Shown here in pieces: positions 37,852 to 49,800 of a stretch of 64,000 nucleotides of DNA. Source of the stretch: Lingula anatina (taxonomy: Eukaryota > Animalia > Brachiopoda); assembly GCA_051362555.1 (NCBI GenBank), contig CM120649.1, positions 17,498,567 through 17,562,566 of the forward strand. The letters are read 5' to 3'. The first letter of the stretch is position 1. Each line of letters starts with the position of its first letter. The notes under the pieces are model-generated. The model searched no databases and had not been told where the DNA came from. It saw nothing but the letters and a program-made list of their open reading frames with translations. A program made the translations under genes and the position numbers.

Positions 37852-40800
37852 GTAAGTTTATTTTTCAATTTTTCTAGTAATTGAAATCGTTGTAGAATAA
37901 TTACTTGACGAAGGGAAAATGTCTAACAAGCAAAACGCAGACAGAAAATCATAGGCAAAAGCGCAAGACACAGAATAAACTTTAGGCCATTACTACGTCG
38001 AGTGAGAATCCCTCGAAAGTCTACCAGCACCCAACGATCTATGACAAGAGCAAAACGTAGCTGTTCCATAGTTATTATATACCAAAGGATAAATTGCGTA
38101 TTACAATTGTTTTTAATTAAACGAACAAAATATATGAAATTAAAGTTGAGAGCTTAAAATGGCACATTAAAAATCAATTATAAAATTACAGATATAGATT
38201 ATTTATAACCTAAAATCTTAAGTTTAAGAGTTAAACATTGCCAATTAAGAATGCTAGTATCTTAAAAGATAAAAACTGTTTGATAATTAATAATTCACTC
38301 TTATTAAAATGCAAGTCTTTAAAAACCTCCTTAAATTTCTATGTCACCTTACGCTCTTACTTCAGCGGGTAAACTGTTCCAGAGCTTTGTTGCATATATC
38401 ATGAAAGCCCTTTATCGTTAAAATTTGCCAGCTTTTTTTCCCTCTAAAACAGCATGTAATAAGAGTAAATGGCTAAAAGTTGAAGACTTAGTAACCCGTC
38501 CCTGCTGATGTGACTTAATGAGTTCTGAGATGTTAAGTGTTTTTTTTTTTTTGTAACAGCTTAAAAAATTTCACATAAAACTTTAAATTAAATTCTCTAT
38601 CTTATGGGAAGCCAATGAAAGTTTAGGGTTTACATGTATTGATACAGGGGTGACATGTATTAGATTGTTCACTTTCATTTTTGTTACCAGCCTGGCTGCA
38701 GAATTTTGAATTAATTGCAGTTTTTTCAGATGATGTTTGGTTAAATCTAGTTTAGAAGAAATGAAAGCATGTACTAGTTTCTCAATTGTATTTTCTCCAG
38801 TAAGTTGCTTATCTTTCTAATTCGCCAGTGAATACAATGCTGATTTGCAAATTCTAAATTTTGTTGTTTTTCTAAAACTTTGATGTCAGCCATAATAATT
38901 CCCTCTTGCCATCACTGAATGCTAATATGTTCGTCCTCATTCAATCACGTATGTCAGTTATGCATTCCTCTATTGAGAGTGATTTCTTTTACAGGTAGTA
39001 TAAATATGAGTGTCATATATATCTGCAAGAATAACATTGTTAAGGGCATCTTGCAGTATAATGCCATCTACAATAAGAACAGAAGTGGGCCATGCACAGA
39101 TCCCCGTGGGACACCATATTGTAAAACAATGGGCTCTGACAGCAATGAATCTATTGCCCTCTTTTGTGTTCAGTAAATATGAAGTTAGTCAAATAAGTGC
39201 TAATCAATTCAGGCGAAATTAGAGCTGTAATCAAAGAAGGCAAATGTTGTCATCAATGGAACCAAATGCAGCAGACATATCTATAAGGACTAAGATACCA
39301 TCTTTTTGACAGTGTGAAATGTGGCTATCATAAACAAAACTGTTTTGATTAGAAATCCTTGAAACCAAACACAGTCTTATAGGTTACGATTTTATATTAA
39401 ACCACTATGAAATAGGGTGACAGCGTGACGAATTTTATGGAAGCAGGTCTTTTACTGATTTTGCCTTTATATTATAGCTGAAGTGAATTATGACAGTTTT
39501 AAACTCTCTCTAAAACTTGTCTTCCTTTATTTTTTATGATTAGGATCATTGAAGTTTTACACAGAAATTTTTAAACATTTTCGAATTGTAATTTTATATT
39601 TTATATACTGGCGAGAGAGGACCAAGGTTGGTTAAATGATAAATAAAAATATATAAATACGTACAATATCTGTTCTGGTTTCCAAAAAAGCATTAACTGT
39701 TGAAATATAAAGGGCTATATAATATTTCTAAAATTTCGGATGGGCAGTTGAGATGCTTCTAGAGTGCAATATTGTACTGAATATAAGCTAGAGTCACTCT
39801 CGTAACACAGGTTGCGCTAGTGGTCCGTTTCATAATTATTGTGTCCTTTAATTTTTATACCTTTTAGTTGCCCCTGATATCAAAGGGTAAACTGGAGTGG
39901 AAACCCCACCCTCATACCTAAAAATCGTTTTTATACATCAGGAAGTTTCTGCTACTTAAACATAAAAAATCATATGTCTATAAAATAAAAATAAATTAAA
40001 CAAATGAACCCACCCAGTGCCTATAAGTTGCAAATTTATTAGGGAGCACATGAATAAATGATGATTTGTCGAAGGATTTACTTAGTTGAACAATGACGTC
40101 CATTTGGTGAAGTAAATTTGATGTGTTACTGTTTCGATCAAACACAAAGAAGTACACATTAGGCCGTGTTGATGCCTCACTGGTCATGATGATAACAATT
40201 GTAAAACATCTTTGTTTTGGGATAATAGAAGTGATCACTAAATGGTGAGATTCAGTAAACTGAAACTCATCGGCAGGCAGTTTGAAAAATGAAAATATGA
40301 GGAAGCATAAATATTTTATATAGCCTAGATATGAGCCTAATGGAAGAGCGTGATGAAGAGGTTGAAAGCAGGAGTACAAAGTCATAGAAACTACGTAAAC
40401 ATTTCAAGTGTTGAAACCCTGCAATAGGAATAGAAGCATGAGACGATATTTATATAATCATATGATTTTGTTGAAAGGGGTGTAAGTTTTGTTCCGATAT
40501 AGATCAATAATGTTCGATATTTTGTTACTGTGCAATACAGCTTACAACTTAACAGTTCCGAATCACTGTGCTGTAGGATTTTCGTTGAAGTCAATTTAAA
40601 GGTGAGTCGAAACTGTAGCATTATGATAGTTTCATGCCCATCACCACAACCGTTTCCGTCCCTATTAACATTCAAAGCTAAAACAATGCCGTGAGGATGT
40701 TAAGATGAAAATGACGAGAGTCCACCGATTAAAATTTTGTAGAAATTATAAATATCTGTTTGGCGTATACAGCACTATATATCATATGAGATCTTTAAAG

Positions 40801-43800
40801 ACCTCAAAGGCTTTCCGCCAGAATGGCCTAAACGGAGCATATTCTTCAGAAAACATGCCCAACTAACGAAATCTTTAACCAAATACACAAATTAAAAGCT
40901 CATTTTGTAAATTTTTTGACTTTAAAAAACGTCCTTTTTGCTTAGCCTGCGAGTTAATGAGCTACATGGTCACGTGGCCCGATGACGACAATCGTGCCAC
41001 CGGAGGAGAGAGAGACAAGCGGCGTGTTTAGCTGTCAAACTGAGCTGCATTGTCTACCTGTAAGATTACTTTTCTGGCTCCTGATAAAATTTCATACTCA
41101 TTATAATCTCTTACCCCAGGGGTCTAAATCCTCGTGAAGCTGTGTAAAGCCATTTCCGTCTATTCAATATATTCTTTACCTAGCATTTAATTATGGTTAT
41201 CCCAAGTTGTATAAAACACTGCATTCGAATGACTTGAGAGCACTGTTGATCATTCAATATGAGGTCCATGGTATTTGTAAAATTCAATTAATTTTGTTAA
41301 ACTGTTGCGCCCTATGGCTCATCAGAATGAAATGCAATGAAAATATAAAGTCATGAAAACAACAACAATACAACTACTAGTAGTAATGATAAAAACTCAT
41401 TAGGCTGACGTTAATCTTAGCTCCGATGCACATATTAAGTACTTTTATAAGTTGTTTAATTGTGAAACATAGTTAATGGATAACAATTTAATTAGCTTGA
41501 AACCACTGTGCTTTGTTTAATAAATTTTTGATGTATTTCTGCCCAATCGTTCTATAGAAAAAAACATTTTTAAATTCTTAAAGGAATAAAATGTAATTCA
41601 TCCTCAATGTCATCTAAAATGCATAGTTTACAGGCTCTTAATTTATCTTTGTCTGTTTACCTTCCAGTTTCTATAGCTAGATTATGCATGGGCGTAACTA
41701 CGGTAGTCATACGCACGGGTGCACTGTGCGCACATTTTTTGGGGGGCCAACCATGAAATAATTTTATATAAATTTAGTGTATTTTTCACGAAATATAATC
41801 GAAAATCCTCTGCGAGTTAAAGTCACCTGTATGTACAAACCTTCTGTATCAATTGAAAACGCACCAATATTCTGATACCCCGTCTTGCATCTTTTATTAA
41901 ACTGAGGTTAACAATGCATGTTACCTTTACAAGTCCTATCTTAATAGTCCACATAACTGGAACTTCCTTTACCTCTTAATTGGAGGGTTAAGTAGCCTTC
42001 AACCCTCCTGTAGCCTTTGTCTTGAGAGCATCGAACGCACTCTCGCTGGCGATATTTATCTCAGGTAAAAACTCTACCTGTGCGTTATTTTCAAAGAGCA
42101 GCTCCCGCAGATCTGGGGGCACTAGATAAAATCTGGACACCAGGTTTATAAAGGAGCTAGAGAAATAAAGAAATAAATTTTCCTGCAAAGCTTCATAGAA
42201 CTTTTAACGCGATCTTGATCAAGCTTAGACCTCCAAACTAATAGGGTGACATGGGCAGTTTTCACAAATAAATAATAAAACTTAAGTTTATCTTTCAGTT
42301 AGCCTCCTTTTAAATACATATACCGTTCAGGGTAAATAAGAATATTGAATCTTTATCAAATCGTGAGAATATTTTTGACTTAAATGATGATTTTATTATT
42401 AATGGAAATTAAGCTACTGTATGTGGTACATTTGCTGTGATAACGCTGTTGCGTTAGTCTACATGTTGCTCTTTTTTACACCCAACATTCTTTAAAAAAA
42501 ATCCGTATGTGCCTTACTTATACCCCTTATCAGGTTAAATCTCCATGCATAATTTAAAATATACTAACGTAGGCCTACGTATCAAAACTGCACATTTAGT
42601 GAACACATTAAAGTAATCATTTTTAACATGCTACTAATAGCAAACAATACTTTTTTTACCTTGATCTGCTACATGTTTTGGGGTTTGACAAAACTTACAA
42701 ATTTGCAAAAAGTTTTGCGTACATGATAAATCTTTTCAATTATTTAATATTTCAGTTAGTTGAAATAACCTTCAGAAACAAATCCTCAAAGCATAAACGA
42801 ATTAGGATTACGAACCATTTTATTACAGCAGTTCCCATTTTTTCTTTAATATTACCGCTCTTCTTCCAGTTATTCCTCAACCACGTTTTCTTCCACGGAA
42901 GTAATGCCTGGGCATACGCATGCTTCAAGATACCCTGAGAGCATTCAATTTTATTAATGTTCGCGACCGTGTTTGAACTCAATTGTTAAATATCGATATT
43001 TAACGTCATTTAAAAAATACCGATGATTAAAAATACCCCATGAAATAAAAGAGATATATTGAAAAATATTAAAGCCCACTAAGAATCTGACGAGTTGGAT
43101 GCCTGTTATTATCTGGCTTGGGGAGTGCAGCGGTGCATAATTAACAGTTTTTATTGTTAACGAGCTCTAGGTCAACTACAGTGCATTTAGAATGCATCAG
43201 CAATTAGTAAGCTTGTCAGCTTTTGATATGATCTAAACAACTTGAGGTGACCATGATCTCGAGCATTACATCTATTATCACCGAAGTTAATAAATAAGTC
43301 ACGGAAGACCGTCACAGACAATGAAAGAAGATTCTCAACGAGCGCTGCAATTTTGGTGAATCCCATGGCAATACACTGAGGCATAACGAAAATTGCTCAA
43401 GTCCGTTCCACACAACTTTCCTAAACTTCTCTGTCTGTATGCACCATGCAGCTCAGTTGAGTTTCAAAGACCTTTATCCTCATTGTCGTCACAGTACCAC
43501 GTGACCCAGATCTGTTGCTTCATTTATGCATATTGAGTTGAGGTTTACTAAAACGCTTTTTTTCTACTAATAGATTGTTTTCATACTTTTTAAATGGCGG
43601 GGATCGATTAAAACATATCTATAGTGTATAGATTAAGTGCTGAATCTTTAAAATTCGAGAAATGGATTTTTATGTGTCTATTATCCTTTAATTAAATACC
43701 TAGAATAGATATTTAACTGAGAATATAACATAATATATACCACTGGTGCGATAATCACCACTCGGTGTGAATAGGAAAAATTAAAGGCCCAGTCACAATG

Positions 43801-46800
43801 TCGGCGATTTGTCGGGGATTAGTTTTGGCCGGGGGTCGTCGTAGAAAATAAAGAATCCTTGAACAATCCTAGCAATAATCCTAATAAAAGTGGAGCAGTC
43901 ACATTGTCTGAGATTTTTTCAAGGATTTTGACCCGGTTTTGTCGAAAAATCGTGGGATTAGCCTCCGATCGCCTCCGATTGCATCGGAGGCGATCGGAGA
44001 CGATATCTGCGAGCGTCTTTTTTCACTTGGCATCTTCAAAATCTTCTGTCACAGCCTCCTGCAGCAAGAGCGTCTCAAACTTTTAGCGATCCGGTCGGAG
44101 GCGCCCTTATAAACACGGCGATTTACTACGATTCCACCATACGATTCGTCGGAGACGATCACATAAAGCGTACGAATCGTCGCAGGGCGCCTCCGATTCA
44201 TTCGGAGGGCGCCGGAGACTACTCGCAGACATTGAATCTCAACCTGATTTTCCAATCCCACACAGAATCTTGCGACTAGTCTCAGATTATTCGGAGGACG
44301 CCTCCGATTAATCGGAGGGCATCGTAGGTCATCGGAGATTGTGTCTGGGATGCCCAAAATGGGTGAAAAATCTTGCGAGCAATCTTTAAATTTTAAGTTC
44401 AAAGTTGGGGACCGCGACGGGTGTGGCGATGTCTAAAAAATCTGCGACAACCCGCAGGCGTCCGGAGAGCGCCTCCGACGGGTGCAAAATCGTGAGATCT
44501 GTCTCAAGATTTTGTTCAAATTTCCCGGGTTTTACCCATCCCCGACGCATCGCAACTGATTTGTGACTGGGCCTTAAGTGAAACTAAAGGCATTATAAAC
44601 TGTCTTATAGTAGTTTGTGTGTCTTTGTTAATATTTACTGAGACCGATTGTAACATAATTGCTTATACCCTATATATAAAAGCAATGTGTGCTTTGTTTG
44701 AACGTGATATGATTTTATCTTCTAGGGAATGTAAAGCCAGCAGCTTTCTGGCCACTTGATGCAAACAGTCTTGGCGCCGACCTGAGTGGAAATTGCCACA
44801 ATGGCACCCTCTATAATATAACGCCAGCTTCCGGTCCGTACGGAAGCGCTCATGCTCTACGTTTTTCTAGAGCCAATAAATCACATATGGTGGTGCCCGG
44901 GAATCCTGGATTGGCCGTGAGAGGTTTTACTCTGATATTCCTGATTTATCCTGCAAATGTATCCAGTTGTCTGTTTGAGTATACTAGTAGGCCTACTTTA
45001 CCCGAAACTAATTGTGGTCTCCATGTATGGCAGCATCCTCATTGGAGCACCTTTTATGCCAATTTTCTTGGCTGCTTTAAAACTGGATACGCAATTACAC
45101 TAGAAAATGCGTTCAGTGTCAACACGTGGTACAAAGCTATTGTGCAATATGATAATGCCACTGGTAATGCCATGATAGGGGTTGGAAGATTGGATTCTCT
45201 TGTCTTTAACAATAAAACATCCACATTGAAGAAGTTTCGACTAAAAACAGACATGGACTTAGTGATTGGTAAACGGAAAAGCAACAATGCGGTTTTCGAT
45301 GGACGACTATCCTGCGTTCAGCTGTTTGACACAGTCGTCGATCTGCAATGTGTTAACGAAGCGTGGAACAGATGCAAAGAAAGGGCAAATTTAAGTATGT
45401 TAACATTCATGCTATACTGATACCCAGTATATCAATATACATGTATTAAGTACCCTATAGATACGCTCGACCAAAAAATTTGGGAAACATGAAATTGGTC
45501 TTTCAATAATAGGAAAAAAAAAAACAAACATTGTAATGTAGTGGAAAAATCTTCAGTAGATATAAAAAAGTAGCGAATGTTGGGTACATTATTTATCAAT
45601 ATTGATTAAAATATTTCCCTTGGCTAATATGGTTTATTTATAATTATTCAAAATAACGATGTTTCTGAAAAACTGTAAAAATGCTACATTGTCCGGAAAA
45701 TGATTTCTTTAAAGGTCTTACACGCACTGTACGCGTATCCCGTCCTGCTTTTTCTTCTCCCAGGTTGTCCACCACCCGAGTCCGGAATAAGTGCAAATTT
45801 TTTAGGGAACTTCACTATGGGTTCAGTGGTGAGATACAGATGTCTCCCTGACTATGGACATATTAGCGGAGACAGACGAAGAAGATGTCTGGGAAATTTG
45901 ACTTGGTCTGGTAGACCAATGACATGTGGAGGTAAAGGATTTCTACCATGGCCCCTGTGCGTACGTCTGATGATAGGTCATCTGGGGAGACGGAAGTGAC
46001 GTGGTCATTCCACTTCCGTTAATGCCGAGCATGACCAGGCTTGTCCGTAACTTGTTTTAATTTGTAATTATGAATGGGCCTATAATCTATTTGAGTAAGC
46101 AATTTTTAAAATAAGAATTGGGTACTTCGAGTTCAATTTGATTTATACTCTGATATAAAAAGTAACTTAGCATTTGCTGGCAGAAAGAGACAAATTGGTA
46201 ACATTTCATTAAATGTGAATTACCTGTCGCCATTTATTTCCTAACCGTTTGTGAGTTTGGTTGACAGTTCGTTTTTAGAGGGTATTTATATATTCTGTAT
46301 CACTTCTTAGTGCCATCACTAAAAGGATTGTGGATATTATCGGATCACGTCGGACTTGCCGATTTGAGCGGATACGGAAATAACATGACAGTTCATGGTA
46401 AATGGTCCTGGGACATCGGGCTGGGAGGAACTGAGGGAACAGCCATCCGACTGAATACAAATGATTCATACATACATATTCCAAACAATGGCGCACTCGA
46501 TGTGCGGGGCGAGTTCACTATAATGGTAAGAGTGGAACACCATGGGTTTCAGAACGCATCCCTAACACCAGTCAGGGGCAAATCCAGGATTATTTGAAGG
46601 GGGGAGTTCTGGAACGACAAGCCTCGAATGCGATGCCGACCGCCCCTTGGCGTGGGGTTCGGGGCCTGTTCAAGGGCCCCAAAATTTTTGTGTTTTGGAA
46701 GGCAAACGGTGCCCTTTGGTACGGTTTAGAACTATGATTCAGCTAGTCAAAATTCTAATTGCAGGTAGGGGAATAAAAGTGTGATATATTTTTCAGAAAC

Positions 46801-49800
46801 CGAAGGACCCCTCCCCCTTCTAAATACAACACTGCCAGTATGCCTCTCGCTACAATCTGTGTGTGGTCACTGAAGACGGTAGAGGAATATATATATTGAT
46901 AGTGATGGTAGCTCTCCGGGAAAGTGCATTGCATCAAAATTCATGCACTACCGCTTTTTTTCTTGTTTTATGTAATAAATCGACTAATTCCGTGCTTTTT
47001 TAAACATAAAGTGCAGGTTTGGACGTAGCCGATGTAAATAACTAGGCGCAATCTTTTAATATCGTAGATCTAATTCTGCCTTTGTAAGCATATCCTGTTA
47101 GGGATTAAATAAAGTTTTCATGGCTACCAGGAGGGACGCGTTTAAAGTATGTCCCGAGGTATGATACTGTGAAATGCGCACTGATACACACCTTAAAACA
47201 GGTAGCGTGATCCGCTCTACCGGTTAATTCTGTATCCTTTGGATCCGTGTCTGATAGTTGGGGAAGCCTGCTTCTACCTCATTCAACCTCCAGCGGCTTT
47301 TTCACTTTTGCATTCCTCTGCTTAAGTATTATAAGGAGATGTCAATCAACTACAGAAAACATTCCTTACTCATTTATGACTGTCAATCACTAACATTACA
47401 CATCCTGACACGTGTTTGAAAGTGTGTAAGGAAGGACGTTAAATGAACCACTGATTGACAAAACTGTAGGAACATTCGAATACCCTAAGGTACGCTCTTT
47501 TTTTTCGTCCCAAAACTCAGAACTGCTAGATCGATCAGCAAGGACCTTCATCCTGTGTGCTTTCACAAATTTTAAATTATATATTTAACTGTCTTGATCC
47601 ATTTTCAAGAGATTGATTTATTTGACCTATCACGTTCTTATAGTGCGTGCACAATACAACTTTAAATTGGAAGAATAACTATAATATTATTATAAATATT
47701 ACTATGTTAAACCAAAAAGAAGAGAAACACAAACATGCAAAAATTAAACTGAGGCAAATTAATAAACATGTAGTGATGTAGACTAAATAAATATTAATGC
47801 AAAGAAGCCGAATGAACAGATATTCTTAATTTTGCAAATGATTGCCTTATGGCGGAGAACTATTTGACACATGATCATTTTATAGATGAAAATTATAAAG
47901 CACAAGCTAAAGTATTCTTCCAACCTGATGACCGATGAAGATCTAGTCTATGTTGGCCGCAAACTCACGGGAGGAAGAAAATTTCAGTTTGTACATATAT
48001 AACTTTCATCAATAATCCAAATACGAAACTCATGAAGATATTTGCTCGTTCCATTTTAGATTAGCTTCAACCCTGGAGGGGACACATTATATCGACTAGT
48101 GGACTACATGAACCTGAACTCGAACAAGCAAACATGTAAACAGTATGGCTTAGTAATTGGTTATTGGAAAAATTCGATTGCTCTCAATCTAAGGAACAGT
48201 AGTTCTAGTGATAATTTTTATCGCCCTGCAAGAAATATAATTGAGCAACATGCATGGAACAAAATAGCCGTGACGTATACAAAAAACAGTGGAAAGATAT
48301 CGATTTATAAGGGCAGCCAATTTAAAACACGGAAGAGAGTAGGCAGCTATGACATGCTGACGTGCTCCGACATCTACATAGGTAAGTACCTTTATGTTTT
48401 TTCTTGACATGATTATCCTTTTCTTTACATATCATACTACATGTATGAGCGCGCCATCCAAATCAGTTTGCTACAAACGGTTGATGCATCCATTTCCATT
48501 TCACATACGAGCGGTATTTCACATCACTGAGTAAAATCACCCGATATGATAGGTGGAGAAGTGCTGAATATGAAAAGATACCATAACGTGACCGGTTCTC
48601 GTTTAGATAACTGATGAAATAAGTTAGTAACCATACGCTTAGTGACCTACCGGTAGTTTCATCACCTTGGCAACGTTTGTTTCAAATATTGCGCCATACC
48701 GTCACACCATGAAACAAAATAGTAAATACATACTTGGCAATGGGTGTTTTCTTTTAAAATTAAATAGTCAGTGAGAAAAAGAAATCAGTCATGACGGGAG
48801 GGGAGGGTAATGAGGTCCGTGAAAACAGTCTGCTTGGCAATTCAGTGGGAGCATCGCCGAGCACATATTTTCATCTGTCTCCCATCATTCCGTATTCGTT
48901 TCCCCACAGTAAGTGTGTCTTTAATAATGTTATCAGGAGCTGCGTGGCGGATCTATATTCTTTGAGTATGAATGTTAGAATGTTAACCAAACAATAAGTG
49001 ATTGTTCAATTTTAGGTAAACGTGACGGCTTTGAAGGCAAACTTGGCTGCTTGATGATCTACAACACGTCTGCAAATAGCTCAGACTGGATCAAGAGAGC
49101 ATGGAGCTTCTGCAATGCATCACGAGGTTTTATTAATTTAATCGTCATTATGATCGTTTATAATTTCATAATAAATATTATCGGCAAATTTGATACACTG
49201 TCAGTTTATTTAACTTTCCACCTGTTTGTCTAGCGTAAGTACTACATGTATTTGGCAGGTGAGGTGCGTGATTTGCTGACAATAGATAAGTAATTAACGA
49301 TGTTCATTATTGTGTTGGGTGTGATAATGGCGAATCAAAATATGTGAGGATCCGCAGGGATTACATAGTACTTGACGTTTAAAGTTTGAAAAAATTCAAA
49401 TATATTACTATGTAAATTTTTCAGTGATGTGCAATATACTTTACTGGTAGCTAGTGTAGTTAAATTATGTGGACTGAAGATAATTTTATTCGTTGATAAA
49501 GTCCAAACTAGCACACAGCATCTTATTCCCTCCAGCACCAGCCATTCCAATGTGCACCTCGGAAGAAGAGACAAGTCCACCAACAACCCAACCAACACCC
49601 ACAACAGAGGTAGAGACAAGTCCACCAACAACCCAACCAACACCCACAACAGAAATAGAGACAAGTCCACCAACAACCCAACCAACACCCACATCAAAGG
49701 TAAAGACAAGTCCACCAACAACCCAACCAACATCCACATCAGAGGTAAAGACAAGTCCACCAACAACCCAACCAACACCCACAACAGAGGTAGAGACAAG

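Noticed and set aside
43859-44402. ORFs of 75 and 117 aa
   Set aside because: They lie in the GC-rich interior of the Harbinger-type MITE and show no transposase motifs
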